A DNA stretch of 64,000 nt, taken from contig DAOUBR010000079.1 in assembly GCA_034432535.1 (NCBI GenBank), positions 20,290 through 84,289 on the forward strand, written 5' to 3'. The notes under the pieces were generated by a model that did not search any database, was not told the origin of the DNA, and saw only the letters and a program-made list of their open reading frames with translations. Origin of the DNA: Anaerolineales bacterium (GTDB lineage: Bacteria > Chloroflexota > Anaerolineae > Anaerolineales > Villigracilaceae). Each line of letters begins with the position of its first letter. Position 1 is the stretch's first letter. A program made the translations under genes and the position numbers. Positions 9,401 to 18,230 of this stretch are shown here, piece after piece.

Positions 9401-12400
9401 CGTTAATGGTCACGCTCGTCGCGCCAATATCGGAAAATTGGATATTCAAGACGCCCGTCGCGCCCTGAGTCAGAGTTCCGTTGCCGGTGAGCGAGCCGCC
9501 CGCCAGAGTCAGCCCCGCGGCGTTGTTATTTGTCACGTTTACGCCGGAGGCAATATCAAGGTTGACGATGGAAATGGCTTTAGAGCCGCCAATGGCTTGG
9601 TCGGCGGTTTCGAAGTAGTAAACGCCCGCGCCGGGAGTGAAAGAGCCGCTGGCGGAGCTGTTGTTGATCAGCCCGCCGCGCAGATGAACGTCCGTGTTGC
9701 CGGAGTTGGTCCACTTGCCCGCCGTTCCGCCAATCGTCACCGCGCCGATGTAGGTCTTGGTTCCCGTCGCGCTGGCGTGAACGAGCGAACCGTTCACGGT
9801 GGTCGTTCCGTTCACGGTGATGTTATGGTCGGCTACCGTGAAGGTTCCGGAGTTAATGACCAGATTGCCGCCGATGTTCAGGTCCGCGCCGGTGGCTGCG
9901 GCGGAGGTCGTCAACGTCAGATTGCCATTGACGGCGGAGACGCCCGTCAGGGTCTTCGCGCCCGCGCCGCTCAAGCCGAGATGGTGATAAGTTCCCGCCT
10001 TGACGGTTTGCGCCGCCGCGCCGGTGTAATTCACCGTGTTCGGGTTCGCCGAAGCGTCGAACGCATTGATTGTATTCGCGCCAGAAATGTTCAAGACCGC
10101 GTTGAGGCTTTGGGTTAGCCCGCCGGCGCCGCTCAGGTTGGTCACGGTCAAGCCGTTAGCGAGATTGTTCGTCAGCGTAATTCCGTTTACCGTGACGGCG
10201 CCCATCGTCACGGCTTTCGTCCCGCCGATAGTCTGGTCGTTGGTATTGAAGGTGTAAACCGCCGTCGTGCCGCCGGTGAAAGTTCCGCCCACAGTCAAGC
10301 CGCCCTGGAAGGTGATGGGCGCGTTGGCGGTATTATCCCAGGTTCCCGTCACCGTGACCAAGCCTTTATAGACTTTGCTTCCCAAGTTGCTGGTGTGCGA
10401 TAGTTTGCCGTTGATGGTAGTCGGTCCGTCCACCTCGATATTGAAGGCGCCGACTCCAAAGGTGATTCCCGTTCCAATCGTCAAACTATCCTGCACGACA
10501 ACGTTGCCGGATAACGCTTTGGTGTAAGCCGTCGTACCGCTGAAACGATAGACTTCCAGTTTGTAATAGGTCAAGCCGAGAATGGGCTGGTTGGAATTGC
10601 CGTCGTAGCGGATCGTGCCGCTTTCGGGGTCCAAAACTCCCGCGCCGGGAGTCGTGGAGCCGGAGAAGTAAACCGAGCTGCTGCCGCCTTCGAGCATTCC
10701 GGCAGTCATCGTCCACGAGCTAAAACGATGCGTAAATCCCGCGCCGAGATTGAGCGTTCCGCTGATAATTTCCAGGGGACCGCGGTTGGCGGTGGTGGTG
10801 GCGCTGGGCGCGCCGAAATCTCCGGTCAGGGTCGCCACGCCGCCGGTTTTTTGCACGCGGAGCGCTCCAGATTGGGTGTTCAGCCCGGCGATGGCTTGCG
10901 CGCCCGCGCCGTTCAAGATCAGGTTCAAGCGCCCGACTTCCGCGTCGCCGGAGTCAATGTAATCTCCGCCGAGGTTGACGGAGGCGTAGCCGGAAGTCCC
11001 GGAAGTCACGAGCGTTCCGCCGCCGTTATCGAGGTTTCCGGTCAGGGTCAGGGTGGAGCTGGTCGCCAGAGTCAAATAGCCGGGGTCGCCGCCGACGTAA
11101 TTGGTCAGGCTGGCGGCGGAAATTTGCGCCCCTGCCGCGTTGCTGGCGCTTCCGGCGTTTATCAGGCTGCCGCCAATATTGACAATCGAATCGTAGAAAG
11201 CGACGGTTCCAATGTTGGTAAAATCTCCGTTCACCGTCAGATGATAATTGGCTGCCGCGCTGGCGCCCGTATCGAACTTGGAGTTCGCGTCTTGCACGAG
11301 GAAGTTCCCCGCGATGACTTTATCGCCGTTGAGCAGCACCTTGCGCCCGTTTTTGACGATGACGCCGCCGGAGCCGTTGAAAGGCGAGACCCATTCCGGT
11401 CCTGCGGTGTACGCCGTCGTGCCGGTCATGTTGTATTGCAAGGTCGCGTTTGGTCCGTAGGTCGGCGCCGCGGAGACCGCCGCGCTGCCTTCAATAGATA
11501 AGACGCCGTTCACCGTAACGCCCGCCGTGGTCTTAAGGTTCGCCGCCGCGCCGCCCAAAGTCAGGTTGTGATAAGTTCCTGGCTGAACGGTCTGCGCGCC
11601 GGAGAGGTTATAGATCACGGCGTTGCCCGCCGCGCTGGCGTCGAGAGTCGGGGCCAGGCTCGCCGCTTGCAGCGTCAGCGTGGCAGTCGCGCCCTGCGTT
11701 AAAGTTCCCCCTCCGTTCAAGCTGGAGGTCACGGTCAGGCTGCCGTTGTTCGTGTAAGTTCCCGTGATATTTGCGTTGGCGACCGAAAGCGTTCCGTCAA
11801 AGTTTTTGCCCGCGCCAGCAAAGGTCAGGGCTCCCGTTCCGGAGGTAAACGTCCCGTTATTGGTCAGGTTGCCGTTAAAAGTGACAGCGACAATTTTGGC
11901 GCCGTCCGTGCCGTCGTTGTCAAATTCGCCGCCGGCAGCGACGGTGAAATCGCCGTTATAAGTTTTCGTCCCCGTCGCGTTGTTGTGCTGTAATTTTCCA
12001 TCGGTAATTGTGGTTGCCCCGTCCACCTGAATATTCGACTGTCCAATTTGCAAGACCGGTCCGCCCCCATAGGTGGAATTAATCGTCAAATCGCCCTTTA
12101 CCCACAGCGTCTTGCCGCTGACGTTATACGCAGAATAGGCGGAGCCTTGATAGGAGAGGTTGCCGTTGACGGTAAAGTTATCCGAAGGCAATATCTTATT
12201 TCCGCTCCCCGCCAGGACAAGGTTATGGTAAACGAGGATAGTTAATTTAAGCGTCTGGTCGTCCGCTTTCTCGTAAAACACCGTATTGGAGTTTGTCGTT
12301 GCGTCAAAAGTCGTCAGCGTCCAATCTGCATTGCCAAAGCCGGCATGGAACTCGCTTGCCGTTCCTTGCGTTAAGGAGCCGCTTCCTTTAAGGGAAGCCG

Positions 12401-13472
12401 CAATATTTAAAATCCCGTTGTTTGTGTAGGAACCGTCAATCGTCACATTGGGAATAGAAACGACGCCGCTAAAAGTTTTACTGGCGCCGGTAAAAGTATG
12501 AACGCCGCTATTCGCGCGATTAGGCGTGGTTAAGATGTTTCCGTCCGTATCCATCGTTCCATTGTTCGTGAAATTGCCGGCAAAGGTGAACGCTTCCGCG
12601 ACTCCCTCTTGCCACATGCCGCCGCTTTCAATCGTTACGTCCCCGTTAAACGTCTTCGTTCCGGCAGTGTTGGAAAAGTTAATCGCCCCGTTCACGGTCG
12701 TCGCGCCGTTTACGGTTAAGTTCACGCCGGGGACGTTCAAATTTCCGTTGACCGTTAAGTTCGTAACCGTCGTAGCGCCGTTAAGAGTCTTCCATCCCGT
12801 TCCGTTAATTTGCAGGTTGTAATACGTCAAAGCCGCGACGGTCTGGTCTCCCGAAGCGCCGTAAATCGCCGTGCTGGTTCCGGCGTTGAAAGCGCCGTTG
12901 TTCGTTAAAGAGCCGTTGAGCGTGAGCGTGGTCGCGCCCGCGTTGAAGGTCGTCCCCATTTCAATGGAGAAAGCGCCGTTCACGACGATTGCGCCGCCCG
13001 CCGTTTTCGTCCCGCTGCCGGCGGTGGAAAGATTGTAATACGTCAAAGCCGCGACGGTCTGGTCTCCCGAAGCGCCGTAAATCGCCGTGCTGGTTCCGAA
13101 GTTGAAAGTCCCGCTGTTGGCGAAAGAGCCGTTCAAGGTCAGGGTGGAAGCGCCCGCGTTGAAGGTCCCGTTGTTCGTCAATCCGCCCGTCACGACAAGG
13201 GCGTAGTCAGCCGTGTTTAACGTCGCGCCAGATTGAATCGTCAAGCTGTTCACCGTCGTATTATCCGTAAGCGTCACCGTATCGCCGGCGACAATGGTCA
13301 CGTCGTCGGTCGCGGCGGGAACGCTTCCGCCCGACCACACGGCGGTATCGCTCCAAAAGCCGCCGCCCGTTCCATTGCTGGAAACGCTCGCCGCGTACGC
13401 CGGCGCCGTCAGCGTAGCCGCCAGCAGGATAGCGATAAGAGCCGATAAGATTCTAAAAAATTGAGATTTCAT
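6402..13472 (-). CDS. giant secreted repeat protein (about 2356 aa): beta-helix-like repeats, Ig-like and YDG/MBG-like modules, DNRLRE-like C-terminal domain; putative adhesin or surface protein
   Basis: Signal peptide MKSQFFRILSALIAILLAATLTAPAYA at ATG 13472. About 1500 aa of G/T/N-rich periodic modules (..TFN.G..T..Y.G.G.QTV...TYYNL.L.G.G.KT..). Later come Ig-like segments and YDG/MBG-like repeats (LYNGTN, NYTINYVNGSLQV). The last about 190 aa (6405..6980) carry SADNRQYRSVLSF. Confidence 0.85.
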   Translation of the reverse strand: MKSQFFRILSALIAILLAATLTAPAYAASVSSNGTGGGFWSDTAVWSGGSVPAATDDVTIVAGDTVTLTDNTTVNSLTIQSGATLNTADYALVVTGGLTNNGTFNAGASTLTLNGSFANSGTFNFGTSTAIYGASGDQTVAALTYYNLSTAGSGTKTAGGAIVVNGAFSIEMGTTFNAGATTLTLNGSLTNNGAFNAGTSTAIYGASGDQTVAALTYYNLQINGTGWKTLNGATTVTNLTVNGNLNVPGVNLTVNGATTVNGAINFSNTAGTKTFNGDVTIESGGMWQEGVAEAFTFAGNFTNNGTMDTDGNILTTPNRANSGVHTFTGASKTFSGVVSIPNVTIDGSYTNNGILNIAASLKGSGSLTQGTASEFHAGFGNADWTLTTFDATTNSNTVFYEKADDQTLKLTILVYHNLVLAGSGNKILPSDNFTVNGNLSYQGSAYSAYNVSGKTLWVKGDLTINSTYGGGPVLQIGQSNIQVDGATTITDGKLQHNNATGTKTYNGDFTVAAGGEFDNDGTDGAKIVAVTFNGNLTNNGTFTSGTGALTFAGAGKNFDGTLSVANANITGTYTNNGSLTVTSSLNGGGTLTQGATATLTLQAASLAPTLDASAAGNAVIYNLSGAQTVQPGTYHNLTLGGAAANLKTTAGVTVNGVLSIEGSAAVSAAPTYGPNATLQYNMTGTTAYTAGPEWVSPFNGSGGVIVKNGRKVLLNGDKVIAGNFLVQDANSKFDTGASAAANYHLTVNGDFTNIGTVAFYDSIVNIGGSLINAGSASNAAGAQISAASLTNYVGGDPGYLTLATSSTLTLTGNLDNGGGTLVTSGTSGYASVNLGGDYIDSGDAEVGRLNLILNGAGAQAIAGLNTQSGALRVQKTGGVATLTGDFGAPSATTTANRGPLEIISGTLNLGAGFTHRFSSWTMTAGMLEGGSSSVYFSGSTTPGAGVLDPESGTIRYDGNSNQPILGLTYYKLEVYRFSGTTAYTKALSGNVVVQDSLTIGTGITFGVGAFNIEVDGPTTINGKLSHTSNLGSKVYKGLVTVTGTWDNTANAPITFQGGLTVGGTFTGGTTAVYTFNTNDQTIGGTKAVTMGAVTVNGITLTNNLANGLTVTNLSGAGGLTQSLNAVLNISGANTINAFDASANPNTVNYTGAAAQTVKAGTYHHLGLSGAGAKTLTGVSAVNGNLTLTTSAAATGADLNIGGNLVINSGTFTVADHNITVNGTTTVNGSLVHASATGTKTYIGAVTIGGTAGKWTNSGNTDVHLRGGLINNSSASGSFTPGAGVYYFETADQAIGGSKAISIVNLDIASGVNVTNNNAAGLTLAGGSLTGNGTLTQGATGVLNIQFSDIGATSVTINASTPGNTVTYNLAGGQTVKESTYYTLTFAGSGIKTIPAGTIINGNFNINGTAVVNLQDNLNVPGNLTLSATSNVGALNIADKTLTVGGNWTRGTYGSFTGTGTVVFNGAAQQTINGVTTFPNLTVNNTGAGLLVKGNTTITDVLNLTNGVMTGSSSSIVIAINAGGTLIGGNERSYIYVAQLKKSFNVGAGQSFNFAVGDVNGYRPLIVSNMNVTTAGFVTAAVPVTPTEHAAVATSGINQLKNVNRYWKLTTGGGFVSSAFQAEFGFQNAHIDAGANPSAFMVRKYQTTPSTTPPWFVPELANYARDSVADPMMSVAVNAGFTTLGASSDFVVGELPPTGLTVGAINATYGDTVSLSATLLSNGLPVVGRTVDFNFNNGASLGSAVTNASGVATLSGVLLRVNAGEYFASNPGEGVVASFAGDITYSPSAGSANLTVARRPLTVSSVADTKEFDGTDSSDETPVITSGSLVAGDAPGTWEQKFDNMNIGTGKEMQIVALPIDDDNGGNNYQITTVSVSTGEITKRTLTITGGLTAFSRLYNGTNTVTVTPGALTFDGVLPAYSNVSVSVTEGVLGDKHVGADKPVSASGTLTGTDAVYYRLDDAPIIGLTADIYPYSAAGCAAYNADIDPDISCPPNQAFIASVDSVASGANKNYDGSNASAVSPLCNGATDCSTLLFAGDSVYQTFDSKNAGARTLTPYINDGNNGANYGSPTQNTDSATISPALLTVTADNKIAYVNTSLPVYTYTVTGFVPGESFFTPGFTPPTCSAPGASVSSVARYDIICSGANAGGNYTINYVNGSLQVAVQRMTTLTPVAPLQDGWILSSSALNLTGGSLNRNSVLFLGDSADNRQYRSVLSFQVNLPAGAVISSATLKMKNAGVVGRNPFMTHGSLFVNMSVPQFGGSPGLETSDFEALPSLDTVAGVVGKTPDSGGWYNAPLINSAKAALPLSDTVQFRLRFSLPTNRNFVADLVKFYSGEALAAYRPQLVIQYYVPVP
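12817..13098 (-). repeat. recent intragenic tandem duplication (216-bp period) inside giant gene
   Basis: 65-bp stretch TTGTAATACGTCAAAGCCGCGACGGTCTGGTCTCCCGAAGCGCCGTAAATCGCCGTGCTGGTTCCG is identical at 12817..12882 and 13033..13098. It encodes STAIYGASGDQTVAALTYYNL twice. Confidence 0.85.
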
Positions 13473-13586
13473 GAAGTCCTCGCTTTCGTACAATGACTCA
13501 CGTAAGATTAAAAATAACAATTTCATGACAGTTTTTATTCCGCTTATATTATACATTCTAGTCCCTCGATAAAATCCACAGTTTTG

Positions 13587-13869
13587 TTAATTTAACGCGA
13601 GTTCGGAATAAGGGCATGGCTTTCTCAAAATCCGGTTTCAGGCTAGAAAGCAAACAAGATGGACGGGGTTTTTAGGATGAGCCGCGCGGAAAACAGGGGG
13701 AAGACGTCCTGTTGATCCTGTTAAACAAAGCGGCGCAAGCGATCATGAGAAAGCCATGGGAATAATGGTTAAATTCAGAAATGCGCCGCAAAGTTCGCGG
13801 GGATTTTTCCATGGGCTTCTCTGTGTTCTTCGCGTCTCGGTGGTTATCCCGAATTGAGGTTATTTTAAC
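13587..13869. repeat. MITE-like element (copy B1) with related termini but a different, larger core
   Basis: Left end TTAATTTAACgcgagTTCGGAATAAG (13587..) resembles the copy A left end. Right end GTTATCCCGAAttgagGTTATTTTAAC (13843..13869). Internal inverted repeat CATGGCTTTCTC (13614..) / GAGAAAGCCATG (13747..). Confidence 0.4.
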
Positions 13870-13964
13870 GTCAGTCCCGAAGGCTAAATTTGACCCTTGA
13901 AGCCGCTCGCACAAAGCCTTCGAGACGGTTCAAAAGGCTTATCCCGAATTCAGATTAATTTAAG
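13860..13964. repeat. MITE-like element (copy B2), copy A homologue lacking the left outer arm
   Basis: TTAACGTCAG-TCCCGAAGGCTAAATTTGACCCTTGAAG(C)CGCTCGCACAAAGCCTTCG(A)GAC...GGCTTATCCCGAATTC matches 6283..6382 with a few substitutions and a 13-nt deletion. It ends in TTAATTTAAG, which overlaps the amidase stop codon. Confidence 0.6.
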
Positions 13965-15286
13965 CCCGCAGCTTGCTCCAGGGAATGCGCGACGCGCAAG
14001 ACGGTCGCTTCGCTCCACGCGCGAGAGACGATTTGCAAGCCAATGGGCAGCCCCGCGCGGGTGAATCCGCAGGGCAGGCTCATGGCGGGCAGCCCGGTCA
14101 GGTTAAACGGAGCGGTGAAGCGCGTCAGGAGTCGCGCGCGCTCCAGGGCGTCCTCCCCTTCCAGCGGCGGAGCGGGAATCGGCGTGGCGGGCAGAATCAG
14201 CGCTTCAAAATCGCGGAAGAACAGCGCGAGTTTGCGCTTGATTTCAGACTGGGTTCTGCGCGCCAAAGCGTATTCGACAGCGGTGAACGCCGCGCCCATT
14301 TGCAACCGCTGGCGCACATCCGCGCCGAACCAGTCGGGGTGTTCTTTCAATCGTTCGCGGTGAACCGCCGCCGCGTCCGCCTGAACCATCAGCCCGTTGG
14401 CTGCCGCCGCCTCGCGCAAAAAGTCCGCGTTATAGTCGGTCACGCGCGCGCCCAAAGTTCGCAGGGTCGCCGCGGCGCGCTGAACGCATTCCAGCGTTTC
14501 GGGGTCCGAGACTTCTTCGATGAAGTTTCCCATCGCAAAAGCGATTCTCGCGCCGGCGACGGGCTGTTTGAAATTGCGCCAATCTTCATCCGCCAGTTCG
14601 GGCGCGGAGGCAGGGTCGCGCTCGTCGTAACCGCTTAAGACTTGCAGCAGCAACGCGGCGTCGGCGACAGTTCGGGTAAGGGTTCCGACATGGTCTAGAT
14701 TCCACGAAAGCGGAAAAACGCCCTTCATGCTGATTCTGCCGAAGGTTGGCTTGAATCCCACTACGCCGCACAGCGAAGCAGGGATGCGGATGGAGCCGCC
14801 CGTGTCGGTGCCGATCGCGGCGGAGACCATGCCGGCGGCGACGGCAGCCGCGCTCCCGCCGGAGGAGCCGCCCGAAATGCGCGTCTTGTTCCAAGGGTTG
14901 CGGCACGCGCCGTAATGCGGATTGTTGTTCGTCACGCCGAGCGCAATTTCGTGCGTGTTGGTCTTGCCGGGAAGTTGCGCGCCCGCCGCTTTCAATTTGG
15001 CGACGGCGGCGGAATCTTCGGCGGCGATATTTTGCGCGAAGAATTTCTTCGAGCCGGCCGTGGTAGGAAATCCCGCGACGTCGAACAGGTCCTTGACGGC
15101 GATGGGCAGCCCGTAAAGCGGAGCTTCCGGCGGCGCGGAAATTTTCTGCGGAGGCAGCAGCGCGATGAAGGCGTTTATCTTCGGGTTGAGTTCCTCAATG
15201 CGGCGACGGCATTCGGCGTCCAATTCCGCCGGGCTGATTTTTTTCGCGCGAACAATCTCTCTTTGTTCGAGCAGCGAAGCCTGCAT
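13955..15286 (-). CDS. amidase-signature family protein (GatA-like)
   Basis: 443 aa with amidase signature GGSSGGSAAAVAAG and Ser-cisSer-Lys context. Confidence 0.85.
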   Translation of the reverse strand: MQASLLEQREIVRAKKISPAELDAECRRRIEELNPKINAFIALLPPQKISAPPEAPLYGLPIAVKDLFDVAGFPTTAGSKKFFAQNIAAEDSAAVAKLKAAGAQLPGKTNTHEIALGVTNNNPHYGACRNPWNKTRISGGSSGGSAAAVAAGMVSAAIGTDTGGSIRIPASLCGVVGFKPTFGRISMKGVFPLSWNLDHVGTLTRTVADAALLLQVLSGYDERDPASAPELADEDWRNFKQPVAGARIAFAMGNFIEEVSDPETLECVQRAAATLRTLGARVTDYNADFLREAAAANGLMVQADAAAVHRERLKEHPDWFGADVRQRLQMGAAFTAVEYALARRTQSEIKRKLALFFRDFEALILPATPIPAPPLEGEDALERARLLTRFTAPFNLTGLPAMSLPCGFTRAGLPIGLQIVSRAWSEATVLRVAHSLEQAAGLN

Positions 15287-15287
15287 C

Positions 15288-16868
15288 TTATCCTCCTCGA
15301 TTCAAGCGGGCGGAGGCTTTGCGGCTGTTTTCATAAGCCGCCAGAAATTCGCGGAACATCTCGTCGTAAATTTTGCGATGGGCGGGGTTGGGTTGATATA
15401 CGTTGGCGGCTTTGACGCGCAAGCCGATTTCGTCGTAGCGCAAATATCCCATGCCGACGGCGGCAAGCAGCGCCGCGCCGCGCAAGTTCGCCTCGATGGG
15501 GTCGGTCATCTGACGGACGGGGCGATTCAGCACATCAGCGCAAATCTGGCACCAGACGTTCGACTTCGCTCCCCCGCCGACCATGTTAATGGAGTCCGCT
15601 GGGCGGCGGATGAATTTTTCCACGTAGGTGAGCAGCCAGCGGGCGTTATACGCCACGCCTTCAAACACAGAGCGGACGATTTCCGCGCGGGAGCTGTTCA
15701 GTGATAGGTTGTAAAAGCCGCCGCGCAGCAAGTGATTTTCCACCGGCGAGCGCTCGCCGTATAACCAGGGAAGAAAGAGCAGCCTGCCGCTGCCTGCCGG
15801 CGCGCGTTGCGCCATTTTATCCATCCGTTGATAAACGTCCGTCGGCTTGAAGCCGGACGAAAGCTCGTCCTGCGCGAAGAAGAGCTCGTCGCGTAAATAT
15901 TGCAGGCAGCCTCCGGCGAGCTCCTGCTCGTTGGTCAGCAAATATCTTCCGGGGATCGCCGAAGGCAGCGAGGCGATGTTGTGAACGAGGTCGGTTTTTT
16001 TGAAAGGGACGTGGCAGACCAGCCAGCTGGACGTGCCGATGTATAAATGCGGCTCGTAATCGCGCGCCGCGCCGGAGCCGACGGCGGCGGAATGCACGTC
16101 AGGCGAACCCATAAAGACTTTGACGTCGTCACGCAGCCCCCACTCGTGGGCGACTTGCGGGTGAAGAGTCCCCAGCAAGGCGTTGGCGGGCTTCAAATCC
16201 GGCAACTTTTCGCGCTCGATCCCCGCGAGACGCAGCAGCCCGTCGTGATATTTCACGGCTTGAATATCGCGGTTGTCGGTGACCCAATGCAAGGTGATGG
16301 AATTGAAGGAGGCGGCGAATTGACCAGTCAGGCGCAAGCCGATGTAATCCACCGGTTCAAGGAATTTGTAAGCGCGGGCGTAAAGTTCGGGGCGGGTTTC
16401 TTTAAGGTAAAGGATGTGCGCCAGCGGGTCTTTGCCCGCCCTGCCGGGCGCACCGCCGGTCAGGCGAATCCAGTTCAGCGCCTTATGCAGGGCGTAGCCT
16501 TCCACCATAGGAAAGCCCGCCGAAATTTTTTGAATGAAAGGCGCGCCGCGCGAATCCATCCAGATCACGGCGTTGGCGAGCGGCTCGCCGTCTCGCCCTA
16601 CCGCCGCCGTCCCCGACCATTGGGCGGTGACTCCGATAGCGGCAATATTTTCCAGCGGGACGAGACCTTTCGCCAGCAAGCGTTTGAGCGCCGCTTCAAT
16701 AGCGTTCCACCAGTCGGCGGGGTCTTGTTCCGCGCCGCCGCCGGGCAGCAAAATCACCGAAGTTTCTTGAAATTCCTGCGCCACGCGCTCGCCCTGCGCG
16801 GAAAACAAGGCGACCTTCGGTCCCGAAGTTCCCAAATCTAGAGCAAGGATGTACGCTTCGTTTGACAT
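15288..16868 (-). CDS. FGGY-family carbohydrate kinase (xylulokinase-like)
   Basis: N-terminal ILALDLGTSGPK motif and FGGY C-terminal domain, 526 aa. Confidence 0.85.
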   Translation of the reverse strand: MSNEAYILALDLGTSGPKVALFSAQGERVAQEFQETSVILLPGGGAEQDPADWWNAIEAALKRLLAKGLVPLENIAAIGVTAQWSGTAAVGRDGEPLANAVIWMDSRGAPFIQKISAGFPMVEGYALHKALNWIRLTGGAPGRAGKDPLAHILYLKETRPELYARAYKFLEPVDYIGLRLTGQFAASFNSITLHWVTDNRDIQAVKYHDGLLRLAGIEREKLPDLKPANALLGTLHPQVAHEWGLRDDVKVFMGSPDVHSAAVGSGAARDYEPHLYIGTSSWLVCHVPFKKTDLVHNIASLPSAIPGRYLLTNEQELAGGCLQYLRDELFFAQDELSSGFKPTDVYQRMDKMAQRAPAGSGRLLFLPWLYGERSPVENHLLRGGFYNLSLNSSRAEIVRSVFEGVAYNARWLLTYVEKFIRRPADSINMVGGGAKSNVWCQICADVLNRPVRQMTDPIEANLRGAALLAAVGMGYLRYDEIGLRVKAANVYQPNPAHRKIYDEMFREFLAAYENSRKASARLNRGG

Positions 16869-16917
16869 AGTTGTTGTGCAGCCAACGGCTGCAGCGACGT
16901 CCTCCGTCGGTCAGATT

Positions 16918-18225
16918 TTACGGCTGCTTTGGCAGTTTACTCACCAGGACTTTATCCACGCGCCGACCGTCCATATCCACCACCTCGAAGCGATAGCCTT
17001 CATGCTCGAAATAATCGCCCGCCTGCGGCACGCGCCCCAGCAGCGTCATCATAAATCCGCTGAGCGTTTCGTATTCGTCCTCGTGCGGCAGGTTGTTGAA
17101 ATGGAATAACTCCTTGAACTCGTCCGCTTCCAACATGCCGTCGAGCAGCCACGAGCCATCCTGGCGCTGCGTGGCTTGCGGCTCTTCAAAGCCGATGGCG
17201 CCGACGATTTCTTCGAGGACGTCGTTGACGGTCAAAATGCCTTGCACGCCGCCGAATTCGTCCACCACCAGAAAGAGCTCGACGTTTTTTTCTTTAAACA
17301 GTTCCAGCGCGCGCGAGGCGAACATGGTTTCTGGGATGAAGTGCGCCGGCTTGAGCAGGTTTTTTAAATCGAGAGGTTGGCTCGAAAGGCAAGCCGCCAG
17401 TAAATCGCGCGATTCCGCCACGCCGAGAATATTTTCGAGCGAATCGTCGCGGACGGGGAAGCGCGAATAGGAGCAGCTTTCAATCTTCGCGCGGATTTCT
17501 TCGGGGCTGTCGTTCACGTCCAGCCAGACGACTTCGGTGCGCGGGGTCATCAATGAATAGACGCGCGAATCGCCCAGGCTGAAGACTCCCTCCACCATGT
17601 CTTGCTCGGCTTCTTCGAAGACGCCCGCTTGCGTGCCTTGGTCAATCAGCAGTTGAATTTCTTCTTCCGTCACCAGCGGCGCGGCGCTTTCTTTCACGCC
17701 GAATAATTTCAAAACCGCTTCCGTCGAGGCGCTGAGAAACTTGACGAAAGGCGAAAAGATTTTTGAGAAGAAGAGCATGGGCGCAGCCACCGCGGCGGAG
17801 ACGCCTTCCGGGTCGCGCAGCGCCAGCCGTTTGGGAACCAGCTCGCCCAGCACCAACGAAAGGTAGGTCACCGGCAGCACGCCGACGAGCAGCCCGATGA
17901 TTTCGGAATACGCTGAGAGCGCGGGGTAGCGCGAAAGTTCAGCGTGAAGCAGCGCGCCCAGAGTCGCGCCGGTTAAAGCGCCGACGAGCAGGTCTATGGA
18001 GGTAATTCCAATTTGAATGACGGATAAGAACTGATTGGGGTTTTCAATGAGTTTTAAAACCACGCCCGCGCGCGGGTCGCCTTTGTTTTGCTGGTTTTGC
18101 AAGCGCGTCTTACGGGCGGAAAGCAGGGCGGCTTCCGCCATTGCCAGCGCGCCGTTCAACAGCAGCAACAAGGCAATGGCAATAAGTCCGCCCGTCAAGT
18201 CGGTTTCTATGGGGCGTTCCGGCAT
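16918..18225 (-). CDS. CNNM/TlyC-family hemolysin-like protein (DUF21-CBS pair-CorC_HlyC)
   Basis: Four N-terminal TM helices, CBS pair, and a C-terminal CorC/HlyC transporter-associated domain, 435 aa. Confidence 0.85.
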   Translation of the reverse strand: MPERPIETDLTGGLIAIALLLLLNGALAMAEAALLSARKTRLQNQQNKGDPRAGVVLKLIENPNQFLSVIQIGITSIDLLVGALTGATLGALLHAELSRYPALSAYSEIIGLLVGVLPVTYLSLVLGELVPKRLALRDPEGVSAAVAAPMLFFSKIFSPFVKFLSASTEAVLKLFGVKESAAPLVTEEEIQLLIDQGTQAGVFEEAEQDMVEGVFSLGDSRVYSLMTPRTEVVWLDVNDSPEEIRAKIESCSYSRFPVRDDSLENILGVAESRDLLAACLSSQPLDLKNLLKPAHFIPETMFASRALELFKEKNVELFLVVDEFGGVQGILTVNDVLEEIVGAIGFEEPQATQRQDGSWLLDGMLEADEFKELFHFNNLPHEDEYETLSGFMMTLLGRVPQAGDYFEHEGYRFEVVDMDGRRVDKVLVSKLPKQP

Positions 18226-18230
18226 GGAAT

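Noticed and set aside
6531-13448. Many long plus-strand ORFs (e.g. 6531..7784, 7866..8651, 9231..10118, 10728..11501) antisense to the giant gene
   Set aside because: Their products are Arg/Gly/Ala-rich low-complexity strings typical of antisense frames in GC-rich repetitive DNA. The minus-strand frame is uninterrupted for 7 kb and has a signal peptide and recognisable domains.
13672-13914. 80-aa minus-strand ORF in the giant-gene upstream region
   Set aside because: It lies across the MITE-like repeat units, has no RBS and no plausible protein features. It is explained by the repeats.
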